Positions 1 through 11,879 of a DNA stretch of 64,000 bases are shown in pieces. Below the pieces are notes generated by a model. That model did not search any database. It saw only the letters and a list, made by a program, of their open reading frames with translations, and was not told the origin of the DNA. Origin of the DNA: Mobula birostris (taxonomy: Eukaryota); contig NC_092382.1 of the NCBI RefSeq assembly GCF_030028105.1, forward strand, positions 102,021,300 through 102,085,299, written 5' to 3'. A program made the position numbers and the translations under genes. Position 1 is the first letter of the stretch; each line of letters begins with the position of its first letter.

Positions 1-660
1 CGAAAGGCAGATGAGCTCAGTGCATGTTTGTATCCTGTAGTTTCTATCTTGTAGCTGCCGACGAATAAACCATGTTCTATCTCTAATCTATCCTGCCAAA
101 GAACCGCTGTAATATTTTTCTCTGACAAGCAATGCAACACCTCCCCGTCTTGTCCCTCCGATTCTATCACACCTGAAGCAACGAAATCCAGGAATATTTA
201 GTTGCCAATCACACCCATCCTGCAAAATGCTTCACTAATAGCCACAACATCATATTTCCAGGTATCAATCCATGCTCTAAACTATCCACCTTTTTCACAA
301 TGCTCCTAAGATTAAGATATGCATTTAAGAAACGCTCCACCTCTTACTCTCTGTTTATTCCCAACTGTGTAAAACAACTTGTTTTATTTTTTTCTTCCTT
401 CTACCCTACATCTTCGGTCTATGTGCTCCCCTTCGCTGTCCCCTGTCTATCCTCCCTCACACACTGTCTACTAGATTTCTCTAATTGTGAACTAAACTCT
501 CTCCCACTCTCTTAAGTTTGACTCCCACCCCTTAACCATTCTATCTTAAAGTCTCCCCAGTAGCCTTCGCAAATCTCCCCGCCAGGATATTGGTCTCCCG
601 AGGATTCAAGTGCAACCCGTCGTTTTGGTACAGGTCACACCTGCGCCAAAGAGGTCCCGC
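1..660 (-). mobile_element. CR1-like LINE fragment (ORF1 end / ORF2 endonuclease start)
   Basis: Reverse strand reads AWIDTWKYDVVAISE...WQLNIPGFRCFRCDR, homologous to the CR1 ORF2 starts at ~27190 and ~40440. Confidence 0.8.
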
Positions 661-1053
661 TGCCCAACGTTTTTCTCACAAATCAGTTCAGTGCCACGTT
701 CCACCCATCTCCCCATAACTTCGTGTCCCTCTCTAAACTAATTCCGCTGCGTCTTGCATTCCTACAGCCCTGCGTCAGTCAGCAAAATAATCCCAGAGTA
801 CTGATCCTCCCCAGAGTTCCTGCCAGTCCTCAAGATATTCCCACAGTCCTACACTTCCTCGACAGACACGTATCGTTCCCCAAAATATTCCCATTGTGCC
901 ACCGTCTCCCGACAATCTCGTACAGACTACAAACAATCCCGATGGTCCACTTCTTCCCACAAACATACTTCAGTCCGTAAACTAATCCAATTTTCTCCTG
1001 TCAGTATTGTGTCATTCCCTAATTCTAACCCGACAGATCAGTCCAAATCTTAC

Positions 1054-1117
1054 CCTTTTTCGCATTTTCCAATCCAGTATGCATGGATAAGGAAGACATG
1101 AGCGTGCGAAAAAAACT
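1054..1117 (-). pseudogene. Orphan CTLD exon 7 (..[10 protein letters not shown]), 1-nt frameshift
   Basis: cacag acceptor and GTAAG donor; 64 nt versus 65 nt for gene B exon 7; flanks match 38700-38850. Confidence 0.8.
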
Positions 1118-1254
1118 CTGTGAAATTAAATTCCCTTGATTAATGCGAAAATGGAAAACAATTTACGGAGTCTCTCTCGGATTATTACAACAGGAGTGAG
1201 GGAAAGGGAGAGTGCGGAGGGAGTTGCACCCTTTGTGTTTGACCACCAAATTGT

Positions 1255-2440
1255 GTAAAAGGACGGTCTGGAGGAGGCTTCATTCTGTGTCTGAATGCGG
1301 GACTGTATGATGAGACGGGGTGGAGGAAGTTTCACCCTGTGTTTGACCCCGGTAGTGTGTGATGGGACGGCGTGGAGGAGATTAACTTTGTGTCTGACGC
1401 CGGGATTGTGTGATGGGACGGTGCGGAGGGAGATTCACTCTGTGTCTGACCCCGGGAGTGTGTGATGGGACGGTGTGGAGGGAGATTCACTCTGTGTCTG
1501 ACCCCGGTAGTGTGTGATGGGACGGTGCGGAGGGAGATTCACTCTGTGTCTGACCCCGGGAGTGTGTGATGGGACGGTGGGGAGGGAGATTCACTCTGTG
1601 TCTGACCCCGGGAGTGTGTGATGGGACGATGTGGAAGGAGATTCACTCTGTGTCTGACCCCGGGAGTGTGTGATGGAACGGTGCGGAGGGAGATTCACTC
1701 TGTGTCTGACCCCGGGAGTGTGTGATGGGACGGTGTGGAGGGAGATTCACTCTGTGTCTGACCCCGGTAGTGTGTGATGGGACGGTGCGGAGGGAGATTC
1801 ACTCTGTGTCTGACCCCGGGAGTGTGTGATGGGACGGTGGGGAGGGAGATTCACTCTGTGTCTGACCCCGGGAGTGTGTGATGGGACGATGTGGAGGGAG
1901 ATTCACTCTGCGTCTGACCCCGGGAGTGTGTGACGGGACGGTGCGGAGGGAGATTCACTCTGTGTCTGACCCCGGGAGTGTGTGATGGGAATGTGCGGAG
2001 GGAGATTCACTCTGTGTCTGATCCCGGGAGTGTGTGATGGGAATGTGCGGAGGGAGATTCACTCTGCGTCTGATCGCGGGAGTGTGTGATGGTACGGTGC
2101 AGGCGGAGCTTCACTCTGTGTCTGAGACCGGGAGTATGTGATGGTACGGTGCGGAGGGAGCTTCACTCTGTGTATGACCCCGGGAGTGTGTGATGGGACG
2201 GTGTGGAGGGAGATACACTCTGCGTGTCTGAGCCCGGGAGTTTGCGATGGGACCCTGTGGAGAGAGCTTCACTCTGTGTCTCACCAGGGGAGACTGTGAT
2301 GGGACGGTGTGGAGAGAGCTTCACTCTGTGTCTCATCAGCGGAGAGTGTGATGGGACGGTGTGGAGGGAGCTTAACTCTCTGTCTGACCCTGGGAATGTG
2401 TGATGAGATGGTGTGGAGGGAAATTCATTCTGTGTCTGAT
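1255..2440. repeat. 52-bp minisatellite array, G-rich on + strand
   Basis: Unit GGGAGTGTGTGATGGGACGGTGTGGAGGGAGATTCACTCTGTGTCTGACCCC, about 22 copies. Confidence 0.95.
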
Positions 2441-2849
2441 CCATAGGAATGGATTTTATGTTGCCTGGGAATGCTGTGTGGTAACCTCTGGAAGACGATA
2501 TTCCCGTGACAGGTCACTTTCAGTGATAATTCGTATGTGCATTTGAAACGTCCCGTCGGACGAGACTTACGGCGACTGTGATCTCGTTTTACCAGCGTGA
2601 AACCTCTGGAATATTTTCTACTTACCTTTTTTCTACGTTTTACCTTGGATTACAAATGTCCCTTCCAATAATTTATTTAGTGGATTACTGAACACTCCTG
2701 CTTTTCCATCTAAAGACGGTAAGCCTTTTCCCCCCAAACTGAATAGTTATATTCACACATACCTACACATAACACCGTTCACTTTTGTTTATCTTGGTTA
2801 GGTTACTGTATTATAAGTAGTTACTAATATAGATAGTGATTTTAACATC

Positions 2850-3235
2850 ATACCAGACTCGCACATTTCTCGGGATGTACGGTGTCGAGCATTTTGTCTT
2901 GTCGCATGCCCGCCTAATGTGGAGGCTGCAACGCAGAGGGTCGCCATGGACCATAGAAGGTTCTAGACTCAGCCAGCTCCATCACGGACGCAGCCCTCTC
3001 CTCCATCGTGGACATGTTGAAGAACGAATGCCTTGGGAAGACCGCATCCATCAGCGAGGACCATCTCCCGCCGGGAAATGCCCTGTGCTCATCGGTACCA
3101 TCGGGGAGGGGTACAGGAGCCGGGAAACTCAACAATTTACAAGCAGTTATTTCCCCTCCGCCATCAGATTGCGAACGTTCCGTAAACACTTAAACACTCC
3201 CTCGGTATTCACCTTTTTGCAGTATTTATTAATTT
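2850..3235 (+). mobile_element. Rex1/Babar-like LINE 3' fragment
   Basis: Degenerate RT C-terminal text (..VPSGRG.., SSYFPSAIRL); homologous pieces at 32620-32990 and 36565-36795. Confidence 0.6.
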
Positions 3236-3269
3236 TCCCAATTGCCGTGAGTTTTATATCTTTGTACCG

Positions 3270-3475
3270 CGCTGAAGCCACGTTGTGGTTGTACAAAAGG
3301 TCGGTGAGGCCGCGCTGGGAGTTCGGTGTTCAGTTCTGGTCGCCCCGCTGTAGGAAAGATGTCACTGAGCTGGAAAGAGTGCAGAGGGAGATTTACGAGG
3401 ATGTTGCCGGGACTCGAGGGTCTGAGTTATGGAGAGAGAGCAAGAAGGATGGAACTTTGTTCCTTGGAGCGTAGG
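3270..3475 (+). mobile_element. CR1 3' fragment
   Basis: LYKRSVRPRWEFGVQFWSP...ELERVQR motif. Confidence 0.8.
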
Positions 3476-3750
3476 TATGAAGCCTACGGGGAGAAGCGGA
3501 ATGAACTGGGAATAAGAAGGACAGAGAGAGAAGAGGGGTGGAAAGGGGGAATAAATGGGGGAAGAGGGAGAAGCGGGGCAGGGAGGAGAGAAGAGTAGTT
3601 CAGATGGGGAGAGGGAGAGTAGTGGGGGACAATGTGGATGCGAGTAGAGGAGGAGAATAGGGTAGCAGGGAGGGGCAGAGAGGGTGAGAGGGGATGAAAT
3701 TATGAGTGTTTCAGAGTCGGGTAGATTGAATGGGGAGAAGAAGGGTGTAG

Positions 3751-3949
3751 TCACTTGATTGAAGTCGGCCCGACAGGCTGTTGACAGAGACCTTGGATCT
3801 CTTCAGGAATATCCGGGTATAAATATTCAGACTTCTCGCAGATAAATCTGTATTCATTTTTGCAATCGTAACTCCATGCGTGCGAGTCGCACTTACTGCA
3901 GGTGGCCCATCCATACTTCACCTTGTATAGAAGATAAGAGGCGACGTTC
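3751..3949 (-). pseudogene. Gene A exon 8 (CTLD C-terminal half + tail)
   Basis: NVASYLLYKVKYGWATCSKCDSHAWSYDCKNEYRFICEKSEYLYPDIPEEIQGLCQQPVGPTSIK*; atag acceptor. Confidence 0.9.
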
Positions 3950-4254
3950 CTATCAGAGGTTAAAACAATTTCAACAGAGTCAGTAGACAACCGGTGACCG
4001 TCGCCAAACTAATCCGCCTCATCTCCCCACAGCCCCATGTCAGTCTCTGAACTAATCCCATGATACCCTGCTCTCCCCACAGCTCCGAGTACATCGCCGT
4101 ATGAATCCCACTGCACCGCTCTTTCCTAAAATCCCGAGTCAGTTCACAAATTAATCTCACTGTACAGTCCTCTCCCGACAACGCTGTGTCAGTCAACCAA
4201 CTAACCCCACTGGCCCACTCCCACACCACAGACCAGCAACAGTCCAAAGCTCAC

Positions 4255-4316
4255 CCGTTTGCGCATTTTCCAATCCAGTAAGCTGTGTATCGAGAGACAT
4301 CATTGGAAACAAAAGT
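4255..4316 (-). pseudogene. Gene A exon 7 (WIG exon)
   Basis: TFVSNDVSRYTAYWIGKCANG; AG/GT borders. Confidence 0.9.
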
Positions 4317-4374
4317 CTGTGAAATTAAATCCCTTCATTAATGTTTAGAACCAGACTCTCGCAATGCCTGTCCA

Positions 4375-4785
4375 TGTGAAGGGACGGTACAGAGGGGAAA
4401 TCACCCAGTGCCTGCCCCGGGAGTGTGTGATGGGAAGGAGCGGAGAGAGATTCACTCTGTGTGTGACCCCGTGAGTGTGTGATGGGACGGTCAGGAAAGA
4501 GATTCACTCTGTGTCTCATCCTGGGAGTGTGTGATGGAACGGGATTGAGTGAGCTTCTCGGTGACTGACCGCGGGAGTGTGTGATGGGACGGTGTGTAGG
4601 GAGCTTCACTTTGTCTCTGATCTCAGTAGTCTTTGATGCAACAGTGTTGAGAGAGATTCTCGGTCTCTGACCCCGGAAGTTTGTGACGGGACGTTGTGGA
4701 AGGAGCTTCACAATGTGTCTCATACCACGAGTGTGTGGTGAGATGGTGTGAAGGAAACTCCACTGTGCGTCACACCACGGGAGTT
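4375..4785. repeat. 52-bp minisatellite, G-rich on + (gene A intron 6)
   Basis: Degenerate copies of the same unit. Confidence 0.9.
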
Positions 4786-4822
4786 CTTTACTGTTGATAT
4801 CTCTTCCCACGGTAAAACATAC

Positions 4823-4965
4823 CTTTTCCATGTTTGAATTTATTTCGAGGAGCCTTGCATCAAATTTTGAACAATGTTCCCTCGCTCCATCATAAGATTT
4901 TACGGACGTGGATATAAAATAACACCGGCTTTACTTTTCAGTCCAGTCCGGGGGACACGTTTGCT
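4823..4965 (-). pseudogene. Gene A exon 6 (CTLD N-terminal) with premature stop
   Basis: [47 protein letters not shown]; 143 nt as in gene B. Confidence 0.9.
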
Positions 4966-5034
4966 CTGAAACTCAGGAACAGGAAACAGTGAATCTTCCT
5001 CCATTAATCCCGTTGCGCCGACTGGGATCAGAAA

Positions 5035-6470
5035 AAGTCAATCTCCCTCCACACCGTCCCATTGCACACTCCACAGGTCAAACACAGATTGAATCTCCCT
5101 GCGCATCGTCCCATCACACACTTCCGTGGTGAGACACAAAGTGAATCTCCCTCCGCACCGTCTCATCACACACTCCCGGGGTCAGACACAGAGTGAATCT
5201 CCCTCTGCACCGTCCCATCACACACTCCCGGGGTCAGACACAGAGTGAATCTCCCTGCCCACCGTCCCATCACTCACTCCCGGGGTCAGACACAGATTGA
5301 AGCTCCCTCGCACCGTCCCATCACACACTTCTGGGGTCAGGCACAGAGTGAAGCTCCCTCCCAACGGCTCATCACTCACTCCCGGGGTCAGACACAGATT
5401 GAAGCTCCCTCCCAACGGCTCATCATACACTTCTGGGATCAGACAGAGAGCGACGCCCGCTTCGTCCGAGCTATCACAGAGCTCTGATGTTAAACGCAGA
5501 GTGAAGTTCCTTATGCATGATCTCTTCACACAGTCAGGATCCGACGCAGAGTGGCATGAACATCGACTTCTCTAACTTGCGCTAATGCCCCACCTCCCCC
5601 TCGTACCCCATCTGTTACTTATTTTTATACACACATTCTTTCTCTCACTCTCCTTTTTCTCCCTCTGTCCCTCTGAATATACCCCTTGCCCATCGTCTGG
5701 GTCCCCCCCTCCTTGTCTTTCTTCCCGGACCTCCTGTCCCATGATCCTCTCGTATCCCTTTTGCCAATCACCTGTCCAGCTCTTGGCTCCATCCCTCCCC
5801 CTCCTGTCTTCTCCTATCATTTTTGATCTCCCCCTCCCCCTCCAACTTTCAAATCCCTTACTCACTCTTCCTTCAGTTGGTCCTGACGAAGGGTCTCGGC
5901 CTGAAACGACGACTGCACCTCTTCGTAGAGATGCTGCCTAGCCTGCTGCGTTCACCAGCAACTTTTATGCGTGTTGCTTGAATTTCCAGCATCTGCAGAA
6001 TTCCTGTTGTTTGTGAAGTTCTATCCAACGTACGCATCACGCACTCCCGGGGTCAGACAGTAGATGTCGCTCCCTCCAGACTGTCCTATGACACACTCCC
6101 GGGGTCAGACACTAGATGTCGCTCCCTCCAGACTGTCCCATGACACACTCCCGGGGTCAGACAGTAGATGTCGCTCCCTCCAGACTGTCCTATGACACAC
6201 TCCCGGGGTCAGACACTAGATGTCGCTCCCTCCAGACTGTCCTATGACACACTCCCGGGGTCAGGCACTAGATGTCGCTCCCTCCAGACTGTCCCATGAC
6301 ACACTCTCGGGGTCAGACACTAGATGTCGCTCCCTCCAGGCTGTCCCATCACATTTTATGCGGTCAGACACAGAGTGAATCTCCCTCCACACAGTCCCAT
6401 CACACCATCCCAGGATCAGACACTGAATGAAATTCACTCCACACTGTCCCATCACACTCTCCCGGGTCAA
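5035..6470. repeat. 52-bp minisatellite, C-rich on + (gene A intron 5), interrupted by Penelope end
   Basis: Reverse-complement orientation of the same unit at 5035-5520 and 6030-6470. Confidence 0.9.
5550..6012 (+). mobile_element. Penelope-like element 3' end with degenerate hammerhead motif
   Basis: GMNIDFSNLR* (GIY-YIG end), pyrimidine-rich UTR, CTGACGAAGGGTCTCGGCCTGAAACGAC at 5883-5910. Confidence 0.75.
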
Positions 6471-6560
6471 GAGATGGAGGGAGGCTCTCCCTCTCGCCCC
6501 TTCTCTCACCCCCCCCCCCCCAGTGATGAGGAGCAGGATTACGGGGGGATGTCGTCTCTC

Positions 6561-6932
6561 CTCTTCTCCTGTTGAGGTACTGGCAAATCTGAGCTTTGTT
6601 TTCGGAGATGGTTCTGTACTTCGTTTCGAGCTGATTGCATTCATGGCGGAGATCGGTGTGTGTTTGATTCAGTTCTGAGAGTTCGGAGTTGAGGACGGTA
6701 AAGTTGTTTTCGAGATTGGAGCGGTTGTTGCTGAGGACGGAAAGATTCTTTAGACAGTTTCTCTGGGATAGATCCAAGCGGGAGTTCTCAGATGTCCTGG
6801 ATTGAAGGGTTGAGTTCAACTCACGGACTTGCTGTTGATATTGGTGCTGGGTCCTGTTCATCTCGTGATGTTGATCCCAAAGTCTCCGGTAATTTCCGTC
6901 ACAGGTGATCAGAGACTGACGAGTCTGCGATA
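6561..6932 (-). pseudogene. Gene A exon 5 (coiled-coil stalk, 124 codons)
   Basis: VSQTRQSLITCDGNYRRLWDQHHEMNRT...KAQICQYLNRRR; heptad-like, many N-x-S/T sites. Confidence 0.9.
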
Positions 6933-6949
6933 CTGAGGGTGATAGCAAG

Positions 6950-7320
6950 GGGTGTGTCAGTGACACGGTGTGAGAAGTGTCGGTGTCACAGTGAGGGTTA
7001 TGTGCGTTACAGTGAGCGGTGTAACAGTGTGACGGAGAGGGTTGTGTCGGTGTCACAGTGAGTGAAGTGCCGGTGTCACGGTAAACGGAGTGTCATTGTT
7101 CCGGTGTGGGTTGAGTAAGTGTCACGGTGAAGAGAGCGGCGTTGTCACAATGACGTGGAGTGTCCGTTACACACTGAGGGGTGTGACGATGTTACGGTGT
7201 GGGGCCTGTCGGTGTCACCGTGAAGGGCGTGACTGTGTCCCTGTGAGGGGAGAGTCAGTCTTATGATGTGGGGTGTGTCGCTGTCACTGTGGGGGTCGTG
7301 TCGGTGTCACGGTGAGGTTA
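6950..7320. repeat. Degenerate GTGTCACRGTGA repeat (intron 4 type)
   Basis: Same motif fills gene B intron 4 (50265-51310). Confidence 0.75.
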
Positions 7321-7387
7321 TGCGCTAACATTTCATCCCACTCTGTTTGTTTACAGTCTGACTCCACCCGGACCCCGTTCGACTCAC

Positions 7388-7504
7388 CATGGATCGAGAG
7401 CCCGGCCACTATCGCGACGAGGATGGATGTAACGAGGCAGAGTAGGCAGATCTTACGGTACGGTCTATTTCCGATGTTTTCGTTCGACTCTTGTTTATGC
7501 GGAC
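7388..7504 (-). pseudogene. Gene A exon 4 (transmembrane)
   Basis: [39 protein letters not shown]; AG/GT borders. Confidence 0.9.
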
Positions 7505-7984
7505 CTGTAGAGAGACCATTCAGTGTGCGTGTGAATTCAGCCGTGATTCCCACTGGGATTCCCTTCCACCAACCATCCGCGCTCTTTCCTTCCACCGCGA
7601 TCACCCCCTCCCTCTGTCAGTTTCATCTACTGTCAGCCGTCATCGCTCAGTGTCCAAATTCCTTGACTTGGGAAAGGCTGACAGGCGTCTAACGGATTCC
7701 AGAGATCAGTCAGATCTACCCTGAGCCTCCTCTGCTCTAGAGAAAGCAACCCAGGTGTCCGACCTCTCGTTGTAACACATGGCATCGAATCCAGGCAGCG
7801 TCCTGTTGATTCTTTCTGGAGGCTTCCCGACGTCTTGACATCCTTCCGATAATATGGTGAACCAGAGCTGCATACAAAACGCCTGATTCTAACTAACTAG
7901 TGATTTTTATAAAGTTGCAACAGAATTCCCTGACATTTGTATTCAATGCCCCGACTAATAAAGACAAGAATGCCTTAGGCCGTC

Positions 7985-9232
7985 TAGAAGGGCAGATCGT
8001 ATCTAACAAGCCTGATAGAGATCTTTGAGAAAGTGGCCGGTCATATAGATGAGGGTATCTATGTGGAGGTGATCTACATGGATTTTAGTAAGACATTCGA
8101 CAAGGTTCCACACAGCAGGCTTATTGGGAAAGTCAGAAGGCATGGGATCCAGGGAGTTTTGGCCAGGTGGATGCTCAATTGGCGTGTCTACAGAAGGCAG
8201 CGGGTCGTGGTGGAGGGAGTACATTCAGATTGGAGGGTTGTGACTAGTGGTGTCCCACAAGGATCGGTTCTGGGACCCCTAGTTTTCGAGACTTTTATTA
8301 ACCAACTGGATGTGGGTGTAGAAGCGTGGGCTGGCAAGTTTGCAGACGGGACAAAGGTTGGTGGTGTTATGGAGAGTGTAGAGGCATTGTCGAAGATTGC
8401 AGAGAGGGAGACATTGATAGGATGCAGACGTGGGCTGAGAAGTGGCAGATGGAGTTCTACCGGGAGAAGTGTGAGGTGGTACACTCTGGAAGGACAAACT
8501 CGAAGGCAGTGTAAAAAGTAAATGGCAGGATACTTGGTAGTCTGGAGGAGCAGAGGGATATGGGGGTACATGTCCATAGATCCCTGAAAGTTGCCTCACT
8601 GGCAGATAGGTAATTAAGAAAGCTTATGGCGTGTTAGCTTTCATAAGTCGAGGGATAGAGTTTAAGAGACGCGATGTAATGATACAGCTCTATAAAACTC
8701 TGGTTAGGCCACACTTGGAGAACTGTGTCCAGTTCTGGTTGTCTCACAATAGGACGGATGTGGAAGCATTGGAAAGGGTACAGAGGAGATTTATCAGGAA
8801 TCTGCCTGGTTTAGAGAGTTTGCATTAAGATCAGAGATTAATGGCTTTACTCTTTGGAGAGAAGGAGGATGAGAGGAGACATGATAGAGGTGTACAAGAT
8901 ATTAAGAGGAATGGATAGAGTGGACAGTCAGCGCCTCTTCCCCAGGACACCACTGCTCAATACAAGAGGACATGGCTTTAAGGTGAGGGGTGGGAAGTTC
9001 AAGGGGGATATTAGAGGAAGGTTTTTTACTCAGAGAGTGGTTGGTGCGTGGAATGCACTGCCTGAGTCAGTGGTGGAGGCATATACACTAGTGAAATTTA
9101 AGAGACTACTGGAAAGGTATATGGAGGAATTTAAGTTGGGGGTTTATAAGGGAAACAGGGTTTGAGGGTCGGCACAAAATTGTGGGCCGAAGGGCCTGTA
9201 CTGTGTTGTGCTATTCTATGTTCTATGTTCTA
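7985..9232 (+). mobile_element. CR1 LINE 3' portion (RT), degenerate
   Basis: [31 protein letters not shown]; (TTCTATG)n tail. Confidence 0.9.
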
Positions 9233-9619
9233 TCACCATCTCGTCAAACTGTGCATCCGCGTTCTGGGAGCTATGAACATGAACCTCAAGATCCTCTGCC
9301 CATCTAGAGTAAGACACAGCATTGTGGGCCAAAGGGCCTGTATTGTGCTGAGGTTTTCTATGTTTCAACATTGTTTATTGTCTTGGCTTTGATCGTGTGC
9401 CATTTCTTTCATTTGACTTATCAAGTTGCAACATTTTAGGTTTGCCAGGGTTAAACTCCATCTGCCTGGTCTCCAAAACATATCTGTAACTAATCTACAT
9501 CCGAATGAATTTTTCTGCCAGTCTTCTCCGCTCTCCACAGCACCGCCTCTCGCCGTATCATCTGCAAACCTACTAACCCACGCATCTAAAATTTCATCCA
9601 GATCATTTATATCCATTTA

Positions 9620-10215
9620 AGACCCGAGTGGTTATGCTGCAGCTACATAGGACCATGGTCAGACCCCACTTGGAGTACTGTGCTCAATTCTCCTCGCCTC
9701 ACTATAGGAAGGACGTGGAAACCATAGAAAGGGTGCAGAGGAGATTTACAAGGATGTTGCCTGGATTGGGGAGAATGCCTTATGAGAATAAGTTGAGTGA
9801 ACTCGCCTTTTTCTCCTTGGAGCGACGGAGGATGAGTGGTAACTTGATAGCGGTTTCCAAGATAATGAGAGGTCATTGATCGTGTGGATAGTCAGAGGAT
9901 TTCTCCCAGGGCTGAAATGGCTAACACGAGAGCGTACCGTTTTAAAGTGCTTGGAAGTAGGTACAGAGGAGATGTCAGGGGCGAGTTTTTTTTTTACACA
10001 GAGAGTGGTGAGTGGATGAATGGGGGACAGGCGGCGGTGGTGGCGGCGGAACCGATAGGGTCTTTGAAGAGACTCCTGGATGACAACATGGAACTTAGAA
10101 AAATAGAGGGCTATGGGTAAAGCCTAGGTAGTTCCAATGGAAGGACATGTTCGGCACAGCTTTGTGGGCCGAAGGGCCTGTATTGTGATGCATGCTTTCT
10201 ATGTTTCTATGTTTC
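9620..10215 (+). mobile_element. CR1 3' fragment
   Basis: VRPHLEYCAQF...[14 protein letters not shown]; (TTTCTATG)n tail. Confidence 0.85.
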
Positions 10216-10434
10216 TAACCCACCCACTTACAATTTCGTCCAGATCAGTTATGCACATCACAGACAGGGATTTAACTAGGGAGCCGAGTGACAACCTTTT
10301 ATTGCCCAGATGGTGCTCAGTCTGTGGAACGAGCTGACAGAGGAAGTGGTCGAGGCAGATGTATTAGAAACTTGATCACGTGGGAGTATGACACGTGTCC
10401 ACTCCAACATGACGTCATTTCTGCGAACTCTGAC

Positions 10435-10554
10435 CTGTTTGTGCAGTGGTTGGCAGCCCGGCGGGTCCCGAGGGAATGGGAGGATCTTCGTCCTCATCGA
10501 TGCGGGGTTCCTCTTTCCGAAAGTTCAGCTCTGAGTAGGTGGAGGTCAGATCGT
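10435..10554 (-). pseudogene. Gene A exon 3 (cytoplasmic, ITIM STYSEL)
   Basis: [40 protein letters not shown]; 120 nt, phase 1-1. Confidence 0.9.
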
Positions 10555-11781
10555 CTGGGGGAGAGAGTCGGACAGGCAGATGAGGAAGAGAGTGAGAGCG
10601 GTAGAGAATGGAGGAGGGTCTCGGGGAGAGAGAGAGGAGAGAGAGGGGCAAGGGAGGGGAAGAGAGGGGATGAGACAGCGAGAAAGAGGGTGAGGGAGAG
10701 GGGACAGAGAGGAGAGACACAGTGAGGCAGAAATGGAGAGCGATGGACAGAGAGGGGGAGACAGCGATAGTGGTGTTGGGCGGGAGATGAGAGAGAAAGA
10801 ATGGGGAGGGAGAACGGTGTGAGAGAGACGGAGACATGGAGAGGACAGGGAGAGGTGTGAGAGAGAGCGAAAGAGAGGGGGATTGAGACTGGAGAGGAGG
10901 GGAGAAGAAAAGTGGGAGAGGGATGTTGAAGAAAATTTAAGAGAGAGAGAAAAGGGCGAGGGGAGAGAGGGTCGCGGAATGGAACAGAGGCGTGGATAGA
11001 GACGAAGAGAAGGCGCAAGGGTGATGATCGGCAAAGTTGGGGACAGAGAGAGGTGGGGAGACCGGGAGGAGCGAACGGGGAAGGATGAGAGGGAGAGAAG
11101 AGAGAGGGAAATGGCGCGAGGGGGAAACCGAGAGTGGTAGACACGGTGACTCTGATAGAGGAAAGATGGGAGGCAGTGGGGACATTGAGAGAGGGCGAAA
11201 AGAAGGGCAGAGTGGGAGACAGTAGGTAAAACAGGAACAGAGAGCAGGGGAGAGAGGGAGAGAGGAGAGGGTGGGAGGAGGCCAGGGAGGGGAGAGAGGG
11301 GGTAAGAGGGAAAAGAGAGTGGGGTTAAGAAAAGGGAGGAGGGGAGAGAGTGGTTAAGGCTTTAGACTGCGCTCCCTCCTCACAGTATCTTCAACTGTGT
11401 CCCTCCTCACCACCACTACACGAAGCTCACTCATCTCCGCCTGCCCCCCACCCCCCACCCAAGAGCGCTTTCTCCTCATTGCTTCTTCCACAACACGGCA
11501 CATCCCATGCTATCTCTCCTCACCGACCCTTCCAGCAGCACTCTTTCCTCAAACCATCCCACGGCTCTCCCTCTATAGCGCCCCTCCCAGAGCGCTCACT
11601 GGTCACGGCAGCCTCCCACCGTCTCTCCCACAAAGATCCCCACCCTACCTCCCCCATCGTCTCTCCCACGTTTTCCCTCCGTCTTATGCTCAAACAGGGA
11701 ATCATTCGTGTTAACTGAGAACTCTTGACAGGAAAGGACACATCAGCTAAACACAGTCAAATCAAGAAAGATGAAACTGAC

Positions 11782-11853
11782 CTCCACCTGTCCGGACCCG
11801 GGGCGCCGAGAGGGTCTTGACATTAAGTTCCGCGTACGATACATCAGGTTCGT
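11782..11853 (-). pseudogene. Gene A exon 2 (cytoplasmic, ITIM VSYAEL)
   Basis: DEPDVSYAELNVKTLSAPRVRTGG; 72 nt, phase 1-1. Confidence 0.9.
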
Positions 11854-11879
11854 CTGGGGACAAAACAGTGAGATTCAGA

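Noticed and set aside
1255-2440. 52-mer array as CRISPR array or coding repeat
   Set aside because: Head-to-tail units with no unique spacers, eukaryotic context, unit length not a multiple of 3; the overlapping ORFs are artefacts.
6950-7320. RAG recombination signals (CACAGTG/CACTGTG here and at 50265-51310; CACAGAG in the 52-mer)
   Set aside because: No ACAAAAACC-like nonamer at 12 or 23 bp in the cases checked; the heptamers are part of the repeat unit.
10546-11350. Long Ser/Pro/Leu or Glu/Arg/Gly ORFs (also 12633-13259, 55314-55949, 61760-62422)
   Set aside because: Purine/pyrimidine-skewed intronic or upstream tracts that lack stops by composition.
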